The notes under the pieces are model-generated. The model searched no databases, was not told the DNA's origin, and worked only from the letters and a program-made list of their open reading frames with translations. From an uncultured Spirochaetales bacterium (lineage in GTDB: Bacteria > Spirochaetota > Spirochaetia > JABEVK01): a stretch of 64,000 bases of DNA. The stretch spans positions 37,485-101,484 of the forward strand of contig CAZUXL010000002.1 in assembly GCA_964624355.1 (NCBI GenBank), written 5' to 3'. This document shows, piece by piece, positions 1 to 10,481 of this stretch. Position 1 is the first letter of the stretch, and each line of letters begins with the position of its first letter. Made by a program: the position numbers and the translations under genes.

Positions 1-786
1 CAGGATGCCTGGGGTGAGGTCATTTCCCAGGGACGCACCACCCAGGAGGAAATGAAGACCTTTGCTCTGGTGTATCTCCCTGATATTCAAAGAGGAATTA
101 CCGGGATATTAGCCTCTCGGCTCATGGGGGCCTTGGATGTCCCGGCCTTGGTGCTCACCAAACAGGATGATCGAATTATCGGGTCCTTGCGGACCAATAG
201 GGGCTTTGACACCCGGAGGTTTCTCAACAGCTTCGCCGATATTTTTTCAGATTTTGGAGGCCATGATGCGGCGGCGGGATTCCATTTTCCTTTCGTAAAA
301 AAAGAAGAATTTCTAAAGCGATTAAAGCAAACGGCCTCGGATTTTCCCCTGAACAGCGGTCAAGAAGCTTATTTGGACCTGGATGCGGAAATTCCTTTGG
401 AATATATGAGCCGCAGGGATGAAAGTCCTTTGTGTCTGGATAAACTTATGGATCTCTTTGAACCCTACGGTGAGGGGAATAGGCCCCTGATCTTGGGTTT
501 AAAGGGGGCAATTTTAGAGACCGTGGACCCCGTGGGTAAAAACGGGGGAGGACATTTAAAACTTTCCCTGACCTGCGAGTCTAAAAAACCCCCTGTGCCG
601 GGGGATCCCACATTTACCGGGATCAAATGGTCCGCACTTTATTGGAACGGGATTGAAGAGTATGAAAAGGGGGGATGGAGAGCGGGGGACCGGGTCCAGG
701 TCGCCTTCTCCCTCGGCCGTAATTTTTATGGTAACCGGGAAAACCTTCAGCTCACCGTGGTGAATATTCAGAAAATGAAGGATTAA
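1..786 (+). CDS. recJ: Single-stranded-DNA exonuclease RecJ, C-terminal part. The gene starts upstream of the window; the open frame runs from position 1.
   Basis: Frame is open from nt 1. DHHA1-type GGHxxAAG motif (FGGHDAAAGFHF). C-terminal RecJ-like tail. Confidence 0.6.
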   Translation, partial: QDAWGEVISQGRTTQEEMKTFALVYLPDIQRGITGILASRLMGALDVPALVLTKQDDRIIGSLRTNRGFDTRRFLNSFADIFSDFGGHDAAAGFHFPFVKKEEFLKRLKQTASDFPLNSGQEAYLDLDAEIPLEYMSRRDESPLCLDKLMDLFEPYGEGNRPLILGLKGAILETVDPVGKNGGGHLKLSLTCESKKPPVPGDPTFTGIKWSALYWNGIEEYEKGGWRAGDRVQVAFSLGRNFYGNRENLQLTVVNIQKMKD

Positions 787-1745
787 TGGTAAAACTTCTT
801 CCCATCCTCTGGAACGTGTTGGCCTTACTTCAAACACCCCTGGTGCTCTCGTCCCCGGAAAAACTCAGCCCCGGGGATGTGGGAGTGGTTTTCTTATGGA
901 TTCCCCAGGGTGAACTTCAACCTAGGGTGGCTTTGCTTAACTCACAAAATAAGACTTTAGGGACCTTTCCAACCTTTCCTTGGGCTAATACCCAGGGTTA
1001 CCGGGGTTTTCGTGTCGCTCTCGTAGGACTGGGACCGGACTTTCTTCCTGGAACCTATGAATTAAAAGTTGATCTTTCCACTGTTGAGAATGGCAACCTC
1101 TACAAGGGCGGAATCTCCAGGTTGGAAGTGGTACCTCGGAAATTTAAAGAGACCATTCTACGGGTAACTCCGAGGATGAGGGCTGCCCAGACCACCCCGG
1201 ACCCCCGGCGGCAAGAACAATCCCGTCGTCTCACCCAGGTTTTAGAAACTTTTAACATGCAAGCTCTCCAAAATCAGCAAAATTTTCAACTTCCCCTAAA
1301 AATCACTTTTCGCTGGACCTCAGATTACGGGGACCGGAGAAAGGAAATTTACCCCAGAGGGGGAAATTCCACAGTCATTCACCATGGGAGCGACCTGGCA
1401 GCTCCTAAGGGGACCAAGGTTTTTGCCCCGGCTGCTGGGCGGGTGGTATTAGTGGAAGATCGGATTCTCACGGGGTGGACCCTCATATTGGAACATCTGC
1501 CCGGGGTTTATTCCATGTTTTACCACATGGACTCCATTTCTGCCCAGGTGGGTATGCTATACCGGGGAGGGGACTATTTGGGGGAGCTAGGCTCCACGGG
1601 ATTTTCCACCGGACCCCATCTACATTGGGAGGTGAGGGTGAACACCCAAGCGGTGGATCCTGTGGCTCTCCTAGGGGGTTCTCTGATTGACAAAGAGCGG
1701 CTGATCACTATAATGACCCAGGCATTCTTGCAAAAAAGGGGGTGA
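786..1745 (+). CDS. M23 family (LytM-type) metallopeptidase, secreted
   Basis: N-terminal signal-like segment. M23 motifs [20 protein letters not shown]...[12 protein letters not shown]. Confidence 0.8.
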   Translation: MVKLLPILWNVLALLQTPLVLSSPEKLSPGDVGVVFLWIPQGELQPRVALLNSQNKTLGTFPTFPWANTQGYRGFRVALVGLGPDFLPGTYELKVDLSTVENGNLYKGGISRLEVVPRKFKETILRVTPRMRAAQTTPDPRRQEQSRRLTQVLETFNMQALQNQQNFQLPLKITFRWTSDYGDRRKEIYPRGGNSTVIHHGSDLAAPKGTKVFAPAAGRVVLVEDRILTGWTLILEHLPGVYSMFYHMDSISAQVGMLYRGGDYLGELGSTGFSTGPHLHWEVRVNTQAVDPVALLGGSLIDKERLITIMTQAFLQKRG

Positions 1746-1960
1746 TTTTTATCGCCGTCATTCATGTAGACGACACCGAGATCCTGGAAAAAGCTATCAA
1801 GCGTTTCAAAAGGCTCGTAGAAAAAGAGGGCATCATCCGCGAATGGAAAAAGCGGGAGTACTTCGAAAAGCCTTCCACCATTAACAACCGGAAGAAGAAA
1901 GCTATGGAACGAAAACAACTCAAAAAGTTGCGGAAAGTAGCCACCTCCACCCGGGGATAG
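1742..1960 (+). CDS. rpsU: 30S ribosomal protein S21. The true start is probably a few codons inside the ORF.
   Basis: [28 protein letters not shown]...RKKK matches the S21 consensus (ALRRFKR...REFYEKP). Confidence 0.85.
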   Translation: MIFIAVIHVDDTEILEKAIKRFKRLVEKEGIIREWKKREYFEKPSTINNRKKKAMERKQLKKLRKVATSTRG

Positions 1961-2045
1961 TTAAACCCAGGAACGGGGAACAATTCTATGAATTGTCCCC
2001 TTTCTTTTTTTAAAGTATTCCAGATTCAAATCAGGACTAATAAAT

Positions 2046-2426
2046 TTGAAGAGACTGTTTTTTTACCTTTTTCTCCATCTTCTCACCCCCTACCTGTTCT
2101 CCCAAGAGACAGAAGTACCTCCCGATCCTTATACTACTTACGAAGGACTCTCCCAGACTTTGGAGCACAAACCGAGGAACTTTTATCTGGTGGATTGCAG
2201 AACCTCTACAGAATTTAGAGCAGGTCACATACCGGGAGCCCTGAGTGTTCCTGTGGAGCGGATGTACAGCTATCCACCCACTAGGGATCTCAATGCCATT
2301 ATTGTCCTTTACTGCCGGTTCGGAAATCGAAGTGACAGAGCCCGGGTAATTCTGGAAAGTATGGGGTATAAAAACGTTCATGTTTTCGGGAAATTCATAA
2401 ATTGGAAAGGTCTCATAGTTAAATAG
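2046..2426 (+). CDS. Secreted rhodanese-domain sulfurtransferase
   Basis: Signal peptide. Rhodanese active-site loop C-R-F-G-N-R-S (YCRFGNRS). Confidence 0.75.
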   Translation: MKRLFFYLFLHLLTPYLFSQETEVPPDPYTTYEGLSQTLEHKPRNFYLVDCRTSTEFRAGHIPGALSVPVERMYSYPPTRDLNAIIVLYCRFGNRSDRARVILESMGYKNVHVFGKFINWKGLIVK

Positions 2427-2461
2427 TGGCCATTTTTCTGTAAATCATATATCTTGCATTC

Positions 2462-5386
2462 ATGGCAAATATCGGCGACAAACTTCAGGGATTCATCCTC
2501 CAATCCCAAGACAATTTATTAGATATCCGTTCAACCGGGGAATTGTGGATCCATGAGACCACCGGAGCCCAAGTTTATAAAGTTTCCAACAATGACCCGG
2601 AAAACCTATTTTCTTTTGGTTTTAGAACTCCCCCCACGGACTCCACAGGAGTAGCTCACATCATAGAGCACGCCGTTTTAGCGGGAAGTCGCAGTTATCC
2701 CACCAAAGATCCCTTTTTGTATTTGTTAAAAAGTAGTCTTCAAACCTTTTTAAACGCCATGACCTATCCGGATAAAACCTTGTATCCCGCCTCCAGTATG
2801 GTGGAAAAGGATTACTTCAACCTCATGGAAGTCTACGCCGATGCGGTGTTTTTTCCTCTTTTGAAACAGGAAATATTTTCCCAGGAAGGTCACAGGCTCG
2901 CCTTTACTCCCGAGGGAGAGCTGGAATATACAGGCGTGGTTTTCAATGAAATGAAGGGCAATTATTCTTCCGCTGAAAGTGTCATGGGTGAGAGCTGCCT
3001 CCAGTCTCTTTGTGAATCGGGACCTTACAGCCATGATTCCGGTGGAAATCCCCTGGATATTCCCGATTTGACCTATGAAGCGTTTAAGGCTTTTCATTCC
3101 ACGAATTATCATCCCTCCAATTGTCAAGTTCTTCTCTATGGCTGCTTCGATTTGGAGCCTCAGCTGGAACTTCTAAACCGACGATTTTTTTCCAACTTTA
3201 AAGCGCAGGAACCATCTCCCATTCCCACAAAACAAAAACCCTGGTCACAAACCAAGGAACTGAGGATTCCCGTTCCTGCTCAGGAAGGGGATTCCGGAAC
3301 GACTTTAGCCATGAATTGGCTTACCTGCGGTCCTTTGGATCAGGAGAACTATTTTCTCCTGGATCTCCTATCGGACCTGCTGTTAGGAGATGCGGGTGTT
3401 TTGGCTCGGGTTTTAATGGACTCGGGATTGGGGGAAGATATTAGTCCCCTTTCAGGCTATGAAACCGATGTTCTGGAGGGGAATTTTACCATTGCTCTCC
3501 GGGGTTGTAAGGAAGATTCCTTGGAAGCCTTCCGAAACTTGGTTTTGGAGAGCCTGGCCTCCTATGTAAAAGATGGTCTTCCTGAGGATTTGGTGGAAGC
3601 CACCCTCACGGCTTATGAATTTTCCTTGAAAGAGGTGAGGGGTTCCGGAAGGGGGTTACGGGTACTTCGCCGTCTGTATCGAAGCTGGAATTACGGTATT
3701 TCTCCCGGGGTCTGTCTGGCTTTCTCCTCCCAGTTGGACTGCTTACGGGAGCGGCTGGCAAAAAAAGAGCCGGTAATTCAAAATCTGATCCAAACCCTGC
3801 TTTCGGACAATTCCCATCGGGCAGATATGATTTTTTATCCTGATAATGGGTACGCCGTGGGTTTGGAGAAAAAGCTCTCCGATCGTTTGATACGCGAGAA
3901 AGAGACTCTGACAGAATCTAAAATTCAGGCCATTCGTAAAAATTCCGAACTCTTGGACCAATTCCAGACAACCCCGGATACTTCAGAAGACCAGGCGACC
4001 TTGCCCCAGCTAGGCAGGGCTGATCTCCCCAGGAAAATTGAAATCCTCCAGTCCCAATTTCATAATCCGGGATTTCCCTTATTTATCCATGAGGGGTCCA
4101 CCAACGATGTGGCCTATTTAGACCTGGCTGTGGATGCCAGTGGTCTTACGGAAGAGGATTATTTTTATACCGCCCTTTTGACCAGAGTGGCCGATGGATT
4201 GGGGTTGGTGGATTTGGATTACGACCTTTTGGCCAGGAAAATACAACTGACCACCGGAGGTCTATCTTTTCGGTTCAATGCGGATCAGGGGTTTTCCGAT
4301 GGACAACTAAAAGAAATCTTTTGGATCCGCATGAAAATGTTGTCCCGGAAAATTGAACCTTCCTTTGACCTGCTAAAAGACATTCTTTTTCACCAGGATT
4401 GGAATAATTTATCCAGACTTAAAGATCTGGTTATGGAATTAAAAAATCAATACCAGTCTGCTGTGATGCCCCAAGGGCATCATTTTACATCCCTGCGGGC
4501 TTCCTCACAGTTTCATCTTCCCAGTTGGCTCACCGATAGAATGGGCGGGCTCGGGCAATTGGCCTTTCTTCAGGAGCTTTCTCTGACCCTGGAAACCAAC
4601 GGTGCCCTCGAGGGTCTGAGGGACAGGCTAAAAAGTGTTTGGGAGAAACTTCTGATCCGCGGGCGGATCCGGGCGAATATTACGGGTGAGGAAACCTTTC
4701 TTCCGGATTTTCAGAATTCCCTGGAAATCTTGGTTCAAAGTATTCCCGAAGGGAAAGTTTACGCACAGATTAAATCCCTCCCCCCCATGGAAGATCAAGC
4801 CCAAGTTTTTCTCGCCCCGGTGAGTGTGGGGCATAATGCCTGGGCTTTTCCCTCCACAGGGGATACCCGATCCCATCCCGGTGAGCTATTTTTAGCCCAT
4901 CTTTGGCGGACCACGACCCTCTGGGAAACCATTAGAATGAAGGGCGGGGCTTACGGCGCATTTTCATCCGCTCATCCTTCAGAAGGGTACTTTAGTTTTG
5001 GTTCCTACAGGGATCCCAAGGTAATTGAAACCTATCAAAGTTTTATTTTTGCCCTGGAACAATCTGCCGCTAAACTTTTAACCAAGTCAGAGCTGGATTT
5101 GGCCCTGGTGGGTGTGGTGGGACAGGAGTTGAGTCCCCTCTCTCCTGGGGAAGAAGGATATCTCTACTTCAGCCGCTGGCTGCGGGGTATCAGCGATGAA
5201 CAAAGGCAGGAGCGTCGGGATGGATATTTTAATTTGAGTGCCAAGGACCTCCAAAAAATAACTATGCAACTGCTGGAACTTTCCAAGGAAGGTTTTCAGG
5301 CACTCATAGTTTCACCTGAAACCTGGGAGACCCAGTCTTCTGGATGGAAGGGGCGACCTCCAGTCATTCAAAAGCTCAATCTTTAA
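2462..5386 (+). CDS. M16 family zinc metallopeptidase (PreP/M16C-like), 974 aa
   Basis: Inverted zinc motif HxxEH (HIIEHAVLAG). Size and two-halves architecture are typical of the M16C presequence-protease-like group. Confidence 0.75.
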   Translation: MANIGDKLQGFILQSQDNLLDIRSTGELWIHETTGAQVYKVSNNDPENLFSFGFRTPPTDSTGVAHIIEHAVLAGSRSYPTKDPFLYLLKSSLQTFLNAMTYPDKTLYPASSMVEKDYFNLMEVYADAVFFPLLKQEIFSQEGHRLAFTPEGELEYTGVVFNEMKGNYSSAESVMGESCLQSLCESGPYSHDSGGNPLDIPDLTYEAFKAFHSTNYHPSNCQVLLYGCFDLEPQLELLNRRFFSNFKAQEPSPIPTKQKPWSQTKELRIPVPAQEGDSGTTLAMNWLTCGPLDQENYFLLDLLSDLLLGDAGVLARVLMDSGLGEDISPLSGYETDVLEGNFTIALRGCKEDSLEAFRNLVLESLASYVKDGLPEDLVEATLTAYEFSLKEVRGSGRGLRVLRRLYRSWNYGISPGVCLAFSSQLDCLRERLAKKEPVIQNLIQTLLSDNSHRADMIFYPDNGYAVGLEKKLSDRLIREKETLTESKIQAIRKNSELLDQFQTTPDTSEDQATLPQLGRADLPRKIEILQSQFHNPGFPLFIHEGSTNDVAYLDLAVDASGLTEEDYFYTALLTRVADGLGLVDLDYDLLARKIQLTTGGLSFRFNADQGFSDGQLKEIFWIRMKMLSRKIEPSFDLLKDILFHQDWNNLSRLKDLVMELKNQYQSAVMPQGHHFTSLRASSQFHLPSWLTDRMGGLGQLAFLQELSLTLETNGALEGLRDRLKSVWEKLLIRGRIRANITGEETFLPDFQNSLEILVQSIPEGKVYAQIKSLPPMEDQAQVFLAPVSVGHNAWAFPSTGDTRSHPGELFLAHLWRTTTLWETIRMKGGAYGAFSSAHPSEGYFSFGSYRDPKVIETYQSFIFALEQSAAKLLTKSELDLALVGVVGQELSPLSPGEEGYLYFSRWLRGISDEQRQERRDGYFNLSAKDLQKITMQLLELSKEGFQALIVSPETWETQSSGWKGRPPVIQKLNL

Positions 5387-5432
5387 GGTTTCAGACCCTT
5401 GAAATTTAGCCCTAGGCCACTAAACTATTACT

Positions 5433-7412
5433 ATGTCAGATGAACTGGTTTTTGCCCAAGAGGTAGAAGTTACAAATCCTGCGGTGTCCAATCCTCCCTG
5501 GAAAATTCTCGTATCCGACGATGACCAAGCCGTTCATCTGGTTACCAGACTGGCCTTGGGGGAATTCACCTTTGAAGGCCGAAAACTTCAACTTTTCAGT
5601 GCCTATAATGAAGAGGATACCCGAAACGTCATGGTTGCCCATCCTGACATGGCCTTGGTCCTTTTAGACGTGGTCATGGATACGGTGAACTCTGGTTTTG
5701 ACTTGGTGCGTTATATCCGTCAAGATTTAAAAAATAAAGACGTGCGGATAGTGATGCGTACAGGGCAGTCGGGAAATGCCCCCGAAGACCGGGTGATTAT
5801 TGATTACGATATCAATGATTTTAAGGACAAGACGGAGTTGACGGTTTCAAAGCTCCGGACAACTATCATTTCTTCTCTCCGGGCTTTATCTCACCTAAAA
5901 ATAATAGAAAAAGAACGGCAAAAGCTATCAGATTCCCGCAGCTATTTGGAACAACTTCTCAATACATTGCCGTCCTTGGTTATCACAATCAATGCCAGGG
6001 AAGAGGTGGTCCTGTGGAACAAAACGGCAGAACGCTGGATTGGGAAGGAATCCCATCTAATACAAGGTCTCAAGCTTTGGGATATAACGAGGGAGTTTGA
6101 TCCTTTAAAAAAAATCATCCAAGACAGCCTTGGGGGACACCGGGTTTTTGAGCAAAATGGTGTCCCTTTTCTAAAAAATAGACAGGTTTTGGTGAACATG
6201 TTTCTTTATCCCCTTTCCCTGGGAACGGAGGCACAGCTCATCATTAGAATGGACGATGCGACATTAAACCGAAAGCAGGAAGAACATAATTCCCGATCCC
6301 GCCGATTTCAAGCCATGAGTGTTTTTACCGAAGGCTTTTCCCGGGAGATGAGTCATATTTTAGATTTAGCCGAGCAAGGTTTGGGGCCAGAAGGGGCTTG
6401 TATCGATCCTCAGCCTGCCTTCAATGCCCTAAGGGGTTTGAAGGAAGAAAGTACAAAAGTAATTAACTCCTTGAAAATTTTAAGCAAGAAGTCCGAGGAC
6501 GAGAGAAAAGATATAAACTTACGATCCCTTTTGGAGCAGACGTTATCCACCTTGGCTATTCCTGAAAGCTTATCTCTGAACAGCCATTTCTCTGAGCTCC
6601 CTTCGCGAATTCTAGGTAATGTGGATGATGTTCGCCAATCCTTACTCCAAGTCGCGGGGAATGCCCTGGAAGCCCTGAAAGCAAATAATATAAAGAAGGG
6701 AACCCTTGACGTGTTTCTTGAAAGAACCCTCCCCACCAAGGAGATCAAGGTCGAACATCCTGAGGCTGAGGATCGATTTTACTGGGTCGTCAGGTTTCGG
6801 GATAATGGTCCGGGAATGGGCGCTGAGATCCTGGAGAGGGTTTTCGATCCGTATTTTTCCACAAAAAATACCACCCCGGGGAGCGGCTTAGGTTTGAGTA
6901 TGGTGTTTAATATTTTAGGACTCCACGGGGGCTTTGTTCATGTCCAATCTGAAGTGGAAAAAGGAACCGAGGTGCAGCTTTATTGGCCAGAGGAATTCCC
7001 TGTAGATGCTGAAAACCGTACGCCCTTAAGCCATTTTCGAGGGACGGGAACGATTTTAGTTTGCGATGATGAAGCTATGATGAGACAGTTGGCCTCCTCC
7101 ATCCTACAACGGTTTGGTTTCACTCCCTTGCAAGCCTCTGAAGGGTATTCCACCTTGGAAATATTCCAAGAAAAAATCCAGGATATTCGCCTGGTGATCA
7201 TGGATATGCTCATGCCTGGGAGGCAGGGTTTGGAGCTTTTTAGAGCCCTGAAAAAGATTGATCCCCGGGTAAAGGTTTTACTTTCCTCGGGGTTTGGACA
7301 GTCCGATCAAGTCGAAGCAGCCTTGAAAGAGGGGGCCTCTGGATTTCTACAAAAACCCTACGGCTATGAAAAATTAGGAAAGAAAATCTTAGAAATCCTG
7401 GATGGTGAATAG
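5433..7412 (+). CDS. Hybrid sensor histidine kinase with N- and C-terminal receiver domains
   Basis: N-terminal REC (ILVSDDD...LLDVVMD). Central PAS-like and dimerisation region. HATPase_c N/G1/G2 boxes (RDNGPGMG...GSGLGLSMV). C-terminal REC (ILVCDDE...IMDMLMPG). Confidence 0.8.
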   Translation: MSDELVFAQEVEVTNPAVSNPPWKILVSDDDQAVHLVTRLALGEFTFEGRKLQLFSAYNEEDTRNVMVAHPDMALVLLDVVMDTVNSGFDLVRYIRQDLKNKDVRIVMRTGQSGNAPEDRVIIDYDINDFKDKTELTVSKLRTTIISSLRALSHLKIIEKERQKLSDSRSYLEQLLNTLPSLVITINAREEVVLWNKTAERWIGKESHLIQGLKLWDITREFDPLKKIIQDSLGGHRVFEQNGVPFLKNRQVLVNMFLYPLSLGTEAQLIIRMDDATLNRKQEEHNSRSRRFQAMSVFTEGFSREMSHILDLAEQGLGPEGACIDPQPAFNALRGLKEESTKVINSLKILSKKSEDERKDINLRSLLEQTLSTLAIPESLSLNSHFSELPSRILGNVDDVRQSLLQVAGNALEALKANNIKKGTLDVFLERTLPTKEIKVEHPEAEDRFYWVVRFRDNGPGMGAEILERVFDPYFSTKNTTPGSGLGLSMVFNILGLHGGFVHVQSEVEKGTEVQLYWPEEFPVDAENRTPLSHFRGTGTILVCDDEAMMRQLASSILQRFGFTPLQASEGYSTLEIFQEKIQDIRLVIMDMLMPGRQGLELFRALKKIDPRVKVLLSSGFGQSDQVEAALKEGASGFLQKPYGYEKLGKKILEILDGE

Positions 7413-7437
7413 TGGGTTTCCAGTGGTAATCCATGGG

Positions 7438-8430
7438 TTATTTAGCGGGCACCACGCAGTTTCTTCCCGCATTCTTACCCCGGTAAAGAGCTTCATCGGC
7501 TTTCCTTAGAACTTCTTCTATGGATTGCCCGTCAAGTGCATCGGCTACTCCAAAGGTGAGGGAAATGCGCATTTCCTTTCCTCGGTAGAGGAATTTACCC
7601 GCATTAAGCTTGGTTTTTAGCTTTTCGGATACGTCTATCCCGTGTTTTTTGTCGGTTTCTGGAAGAATCATCAAGAATTCTTCTCCTCCCCAGCGGGTTA
7701 CATGGTCGTGGACCCGGACTTCTTTTGCCATTACTTTTCCCACTTCACTTAAGACATAGTCCCCACATTCATGGCCGTAGGTATCGTTGAATATTTTAAA
7801 GTGATCGATATCCGCCATGACCAGACAATAGGATTTCTGGTTCCGATGGTACCGGCTCTCCTCTCTTTTTAGTAAATCCATGGCTTGACGGCGGTTTTCT
7901 AATTTCGTCAAAGGATCGATTTTTGCCAAATTTTCCAAATCATTCAAGGTGACCTTAAGTTGGTTTTCCACCTGTTTTCTCTGGTCGATCTCTTTTACCA
8001 GATCATGATTCACCTTTTCCAGGAGTTTTTGGGATTTTTTTAAGGTAAGTTGGGTTTGTACCCGGGCTAAGAGTTCTGCACTGCTGGAGGTTTTGGAAAC
8101 GTAATCCACACCCCCCACTTTAAAACCCCGAACGATATCCTCAGGTTCAGAGAGTGCTGTAAGGAAAATCACGGGAATTGAGGCGGTTTTTGGATTTCCT
8201 TTCCAAATTTGACACATTTCATATCCATTTAAATCAGGCATCATCACATCTAAAAGTATGAGGTCAAACTCCTGCTGACCCACCAGGTGGAGAGCTTCCG
8301 AACCTGATTCCGCTTTGTAAACTTCGATACCGCGGTTTTCCAGTTGAACCCCAATTTTTTCCAAGTTGATGAGGGAATCATCCACCACAAGGACTTTCTG
8401 TTTTTCTTCACTCATCGGGGTATCGCTCAT
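7438..8430 (-). CDS. Response regulator with diguanylate cyclase domain (REC-GGDEF, PleD/WspR-like). Start trimmed to the internal ATG at 8430.
   Basis: REC motif KVLVVDDS...LLDVMMP. Active GGEEF (RWGGEEF). The first 98 codons of the listed ORF run antisense through the HD-GYP gene, so the real start is most likely at 8430 or 8415. Confidence 0.85.
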   Translation of the reverse strand: MSDTPMSEEKQKVLVVDDSLINLEKIGVQLENRGIEVYKAESGSEALHLVGQQEFDLILLDVMMPDLNGYEMCQIWKGNPKTASIPVIFLTALSEPEDIVRGFKVGGVDYVSKTSSSAELLARVQTQLTLKKSQKLLEKVNHDLVKEIDQRKQVENQLKVTLNDLENLAKIDPLTKLENRRQAMDLLKREESRYHRNQKSYCLVMADIDHFKIFNDTYGHECGDYVLSEVGKVMAKEVRVHDHVTRWGGEEFLMILPETDKKHGIDVSEKLKTKLNAGKFLYRGKEMRISLTFGVADALDGQSIEEVLRKADEALYRGKNAGRNCVVPAK

Positions 8431-9634
8431 TGATTTGTTTGATGGCAGGAAGGGCTTCAAAGAAGATTTCCACCAGTTCCGGGTCAAATTTTGTTCCAGA
8501 CATTTTTCGGATCTCCTCCAATACATCGGATTCGCCCCAGGCTTCCTTGTAAACGCGTTTGCTGGACAGGGCGTCATAAACATCCGCAACGGATACAATT
8601 CTACCCCAGATGGGAATCTCCTCGCCCACACGCCCCAGGGGCTTGCCCTGGGCATCAGCTTTGATAACCGCATTGGTAAAAGGATCAATCCAACCGGGGT
8701 AACCAGTCCCATCCCAATTCTCATGGTGGGTTAAGGCCACTTCCGCTGCCACTTCGTCAAAGGTGGACTGTCGATCGCTAAACAGCTGGGCACCCGAAAC
8801 CGTGTGGGTTTTCATGACTTCATATTCTTCCGGGGTGAACTTCGCAGGTTTTTTTAAAATGAGGTCGGAGATCGCGACTTTACCCACGTCGTGGAGCATG
8901 GCGGCCATTCTAAAGGTATCCTGGTTCTTTTGAAGTTCTTTGTCCGTAATCCCGCGGCGCCGGGCCCATCTTTCGTAGATCAAAGCTGCGTATCCCGCAA
9001 CCCGGTTTACGTGGGGGCCTGTTTCCTTGGGGTCCCGGAGTTCTGCCATGCGGATCATCCGGAGAATGATGGTTCTCGTCAGTTTTGCTCTTTCGAGGGA
9101 AACCACCGCATTACTGGCAAAATGGGTGATCAAAAGCTCGTCTTCACTTCCGAAAGGTCTAACTTGATTGTTTTCATCCCTGGCGTTGATGATTTGAATG
9201 ACCCCTACGATTTGGTTGTGCCCTGCCGTAAGAGGAATAGTCAAAATGGAGGTGGTTTTGTAATCCGAAAGTTTGTCGTAGATGGGGTTGAAATTATAGG
9301 GGGTATTTTTTCTTATTTTGTAGGCATCGGGAATATTTAATACTTTTCCTGTACTGGCCACGTATCCGGAGATGGATTTTTTATCCATGGGAATTTTAAA
9401 AATGGAGTAGATTAATTTCTCTCCGGAGGGGAGCTCCTTTTCCTTGGTTTCGTTTTGTGAATATTTAATCACCAGGTGGTTCCCTTCGACCAAATATAAG
9501 GATCCCGCGTCAGCCCTACAGGTACTTCTGGCACCCCGGAGTATTTCTTCCAGAACCAGGTCAAGATCCTGAATCTGGTTCAGCTTGGAGTCCAGTTCCA
9601 CAAGCATGGCCAGCCGAGCATTTTCTGTAATCAT
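8408..9634 (-). CDS. GAF-domain HD-GYP c-di-GMP phosphodiesterase
   Basis: N-terminal GAF. HD...HHENWDGTGYP signature (HD-GYP). Overlaps the start of the downstream REC-GGDEF gene, which suggests an operon. Confidence 0.85.
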   Translation of the reverse strand: MITENARLAMLVELDSKLNQIQDLDLVLEEILRGARSTCRADAGSLYLVEGNHLVIKYSQNETKEKELPSGEKLIYSIFKIPMDKKSISGYVASTGKVLNIPDAYKIRKNTPYNFNPIYDKLSDYKTTSILTIPLTAGHNQIVGVIQIINARDENNQVRPFGSEDELLITHFASNAVVSLERAKLTRTIILRMIRMAELRDPKETGPHVNRVAGYAALIYERWARRRGITDKELQKNQDTFRMAAMLHDVGKVAISDLILKKPAKFTPEEYEVMKTHTVSGAQLFSDRQSTFDEVAAEVALTHHENWDGTGYPGWIDPFTNAVIKADAQGKPLGRVGEEIPIWGRIVSVADVYDALSSKRVYKEAWGESDVLEEIRKMSGTKFDPELVEIFFEALPAIKQINERYPDE

Positions 9635-9703
9635 GGAGTAATTTTAATTTGCAGGGGGGATATGGTCAAATGGTTTTCGCCCCAGATGTGTATAAAATCG
9701 AAA

Positions 9704-9726
9704 GAAAACCAAAGGAAAACCAAAGG
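9704..9726. promoter_or_regulatory. Tandem direct repeat (aaaaccaaagga x2) in the divergent promoter region between the HD-GYP operon and the OmpA-like gene
   Basis: Perfect 11–12 bp repeat seen directly. Its position between divergent starts is compatible with an operator, but that is unproven. Confidence 0.2.
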
Positions 9727-9772
9727 ACTTCAGTTTATCACCCCAAATGTCCGATAATCTAGCTAGAGTCCC

Positions 9773-10432
9773 ATGAATGAGTGGACAAGTGTGCCCAATA
9801 GGGACATATTAAATAGAGGGGAGTTAAAAATGCCAGATCCGGAATCCATGTTGTGGAATAAAAAAGACAATAAGGGGCCACCTGTCCCTCTTATCATCCT
9901 GATAATTGCAGTAGTTTTAGGTTTGGCAATTTGGGCCATTGTGGGTATGGCAGGACAGAGTTCTCCAGCACCAGTTCCTGCGGTGGAGGCACCGGTTCCC
10001 GCTCCGAAAAACGTGACTGCTCCCGTGGCCGCTCCCGTAAAGACAGCGGAATGGACCTTGGATAAACTTAGGGAAGTGGTAGCAGCGAATACCCCTATTT
10101 ACTTCGTAAAGGATTCCATAAAACTTCTTCCTGGGGAGATGAAAAAAGTAGAGACCATGGTGGAAGCCATGAAGAACTACAAAAACATCATGCTCAACTT
10201 CCGGGGACACACCGCGGATGTGAACACCAAGGCCCGTCAGGTCGCCTTGGCAAAAGCCAGAGCCAATAGAATACTTTGGGCCTTCGAGTACCGGGAAGGT
10301 TGGAACATCATTGCCACCGAAAAGGTGGGTTTAGGTTCTAAAGAGTTAGTATCTAAGGGTAATACGGAAGCCCAACGAGCTCCTAACCGCCGTGTAGAAG
10401 TGATTGTTCAGGCTGCTGAAGCGGCTAAATAA
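9773..10432 (+). CDS. OmpA/MotB-like C-terminal domain protein with an N-terminal TM anchor and a Pro/Ala-rich linker
   Basis: TM helix LIILIIAVVLGLAIWAIVG. PAPVPAVEAPVPAP linker. OmpA-like C-terminus (NRRVEVIV). Confidence 0.6.
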   Translation: MNEWTSVPNRDILNRGELKMPDPESMLWNKKDNKGPPVPLIILIIAVVLGLAIWAIVGMAGQSSPAPVPAVEAPVPAPKNVTAPVAAPVKTAEWTLDKLREVVAANTPIYFVKDSIKLLPGEMKKVETMVEAMKNYKNIMLNFRGHTADVNTKARQVALAKARANRILWAFEYREGWNIIATEKVGLGSKELVSKGNTEAQRAPNRRVEVIVQAAEAAK

Positions 10433-10450
10433 GATCTTTTTACACTAATC

Positions 10451-10480
10451 GAAGCCCCCAAGGTTTAGCCCGGGGGCTTT
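10451..10480 (+). terminator. Probable rho-independent terminator of the OmpA-like gene
   Basis: GC-rich inverted repeat aagccccc...gggggctt followed by a T-rich tract. Confidence 0.4.
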
Positions 10481-10481
10481 A

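Noticed and set aside
8366-8734. A 122 aa plus-strand ORF overlapping the HD-GYP/GGDEF junction, and the 98-codon N-terminal extension of the GGDEF ORF
   Set aside because: Both run through the well-supported HD-GYP coding region. The GGDEF gene has a clean receiver-domain start at 8430 (MSDTPMSEEKQKVLVVDDS).
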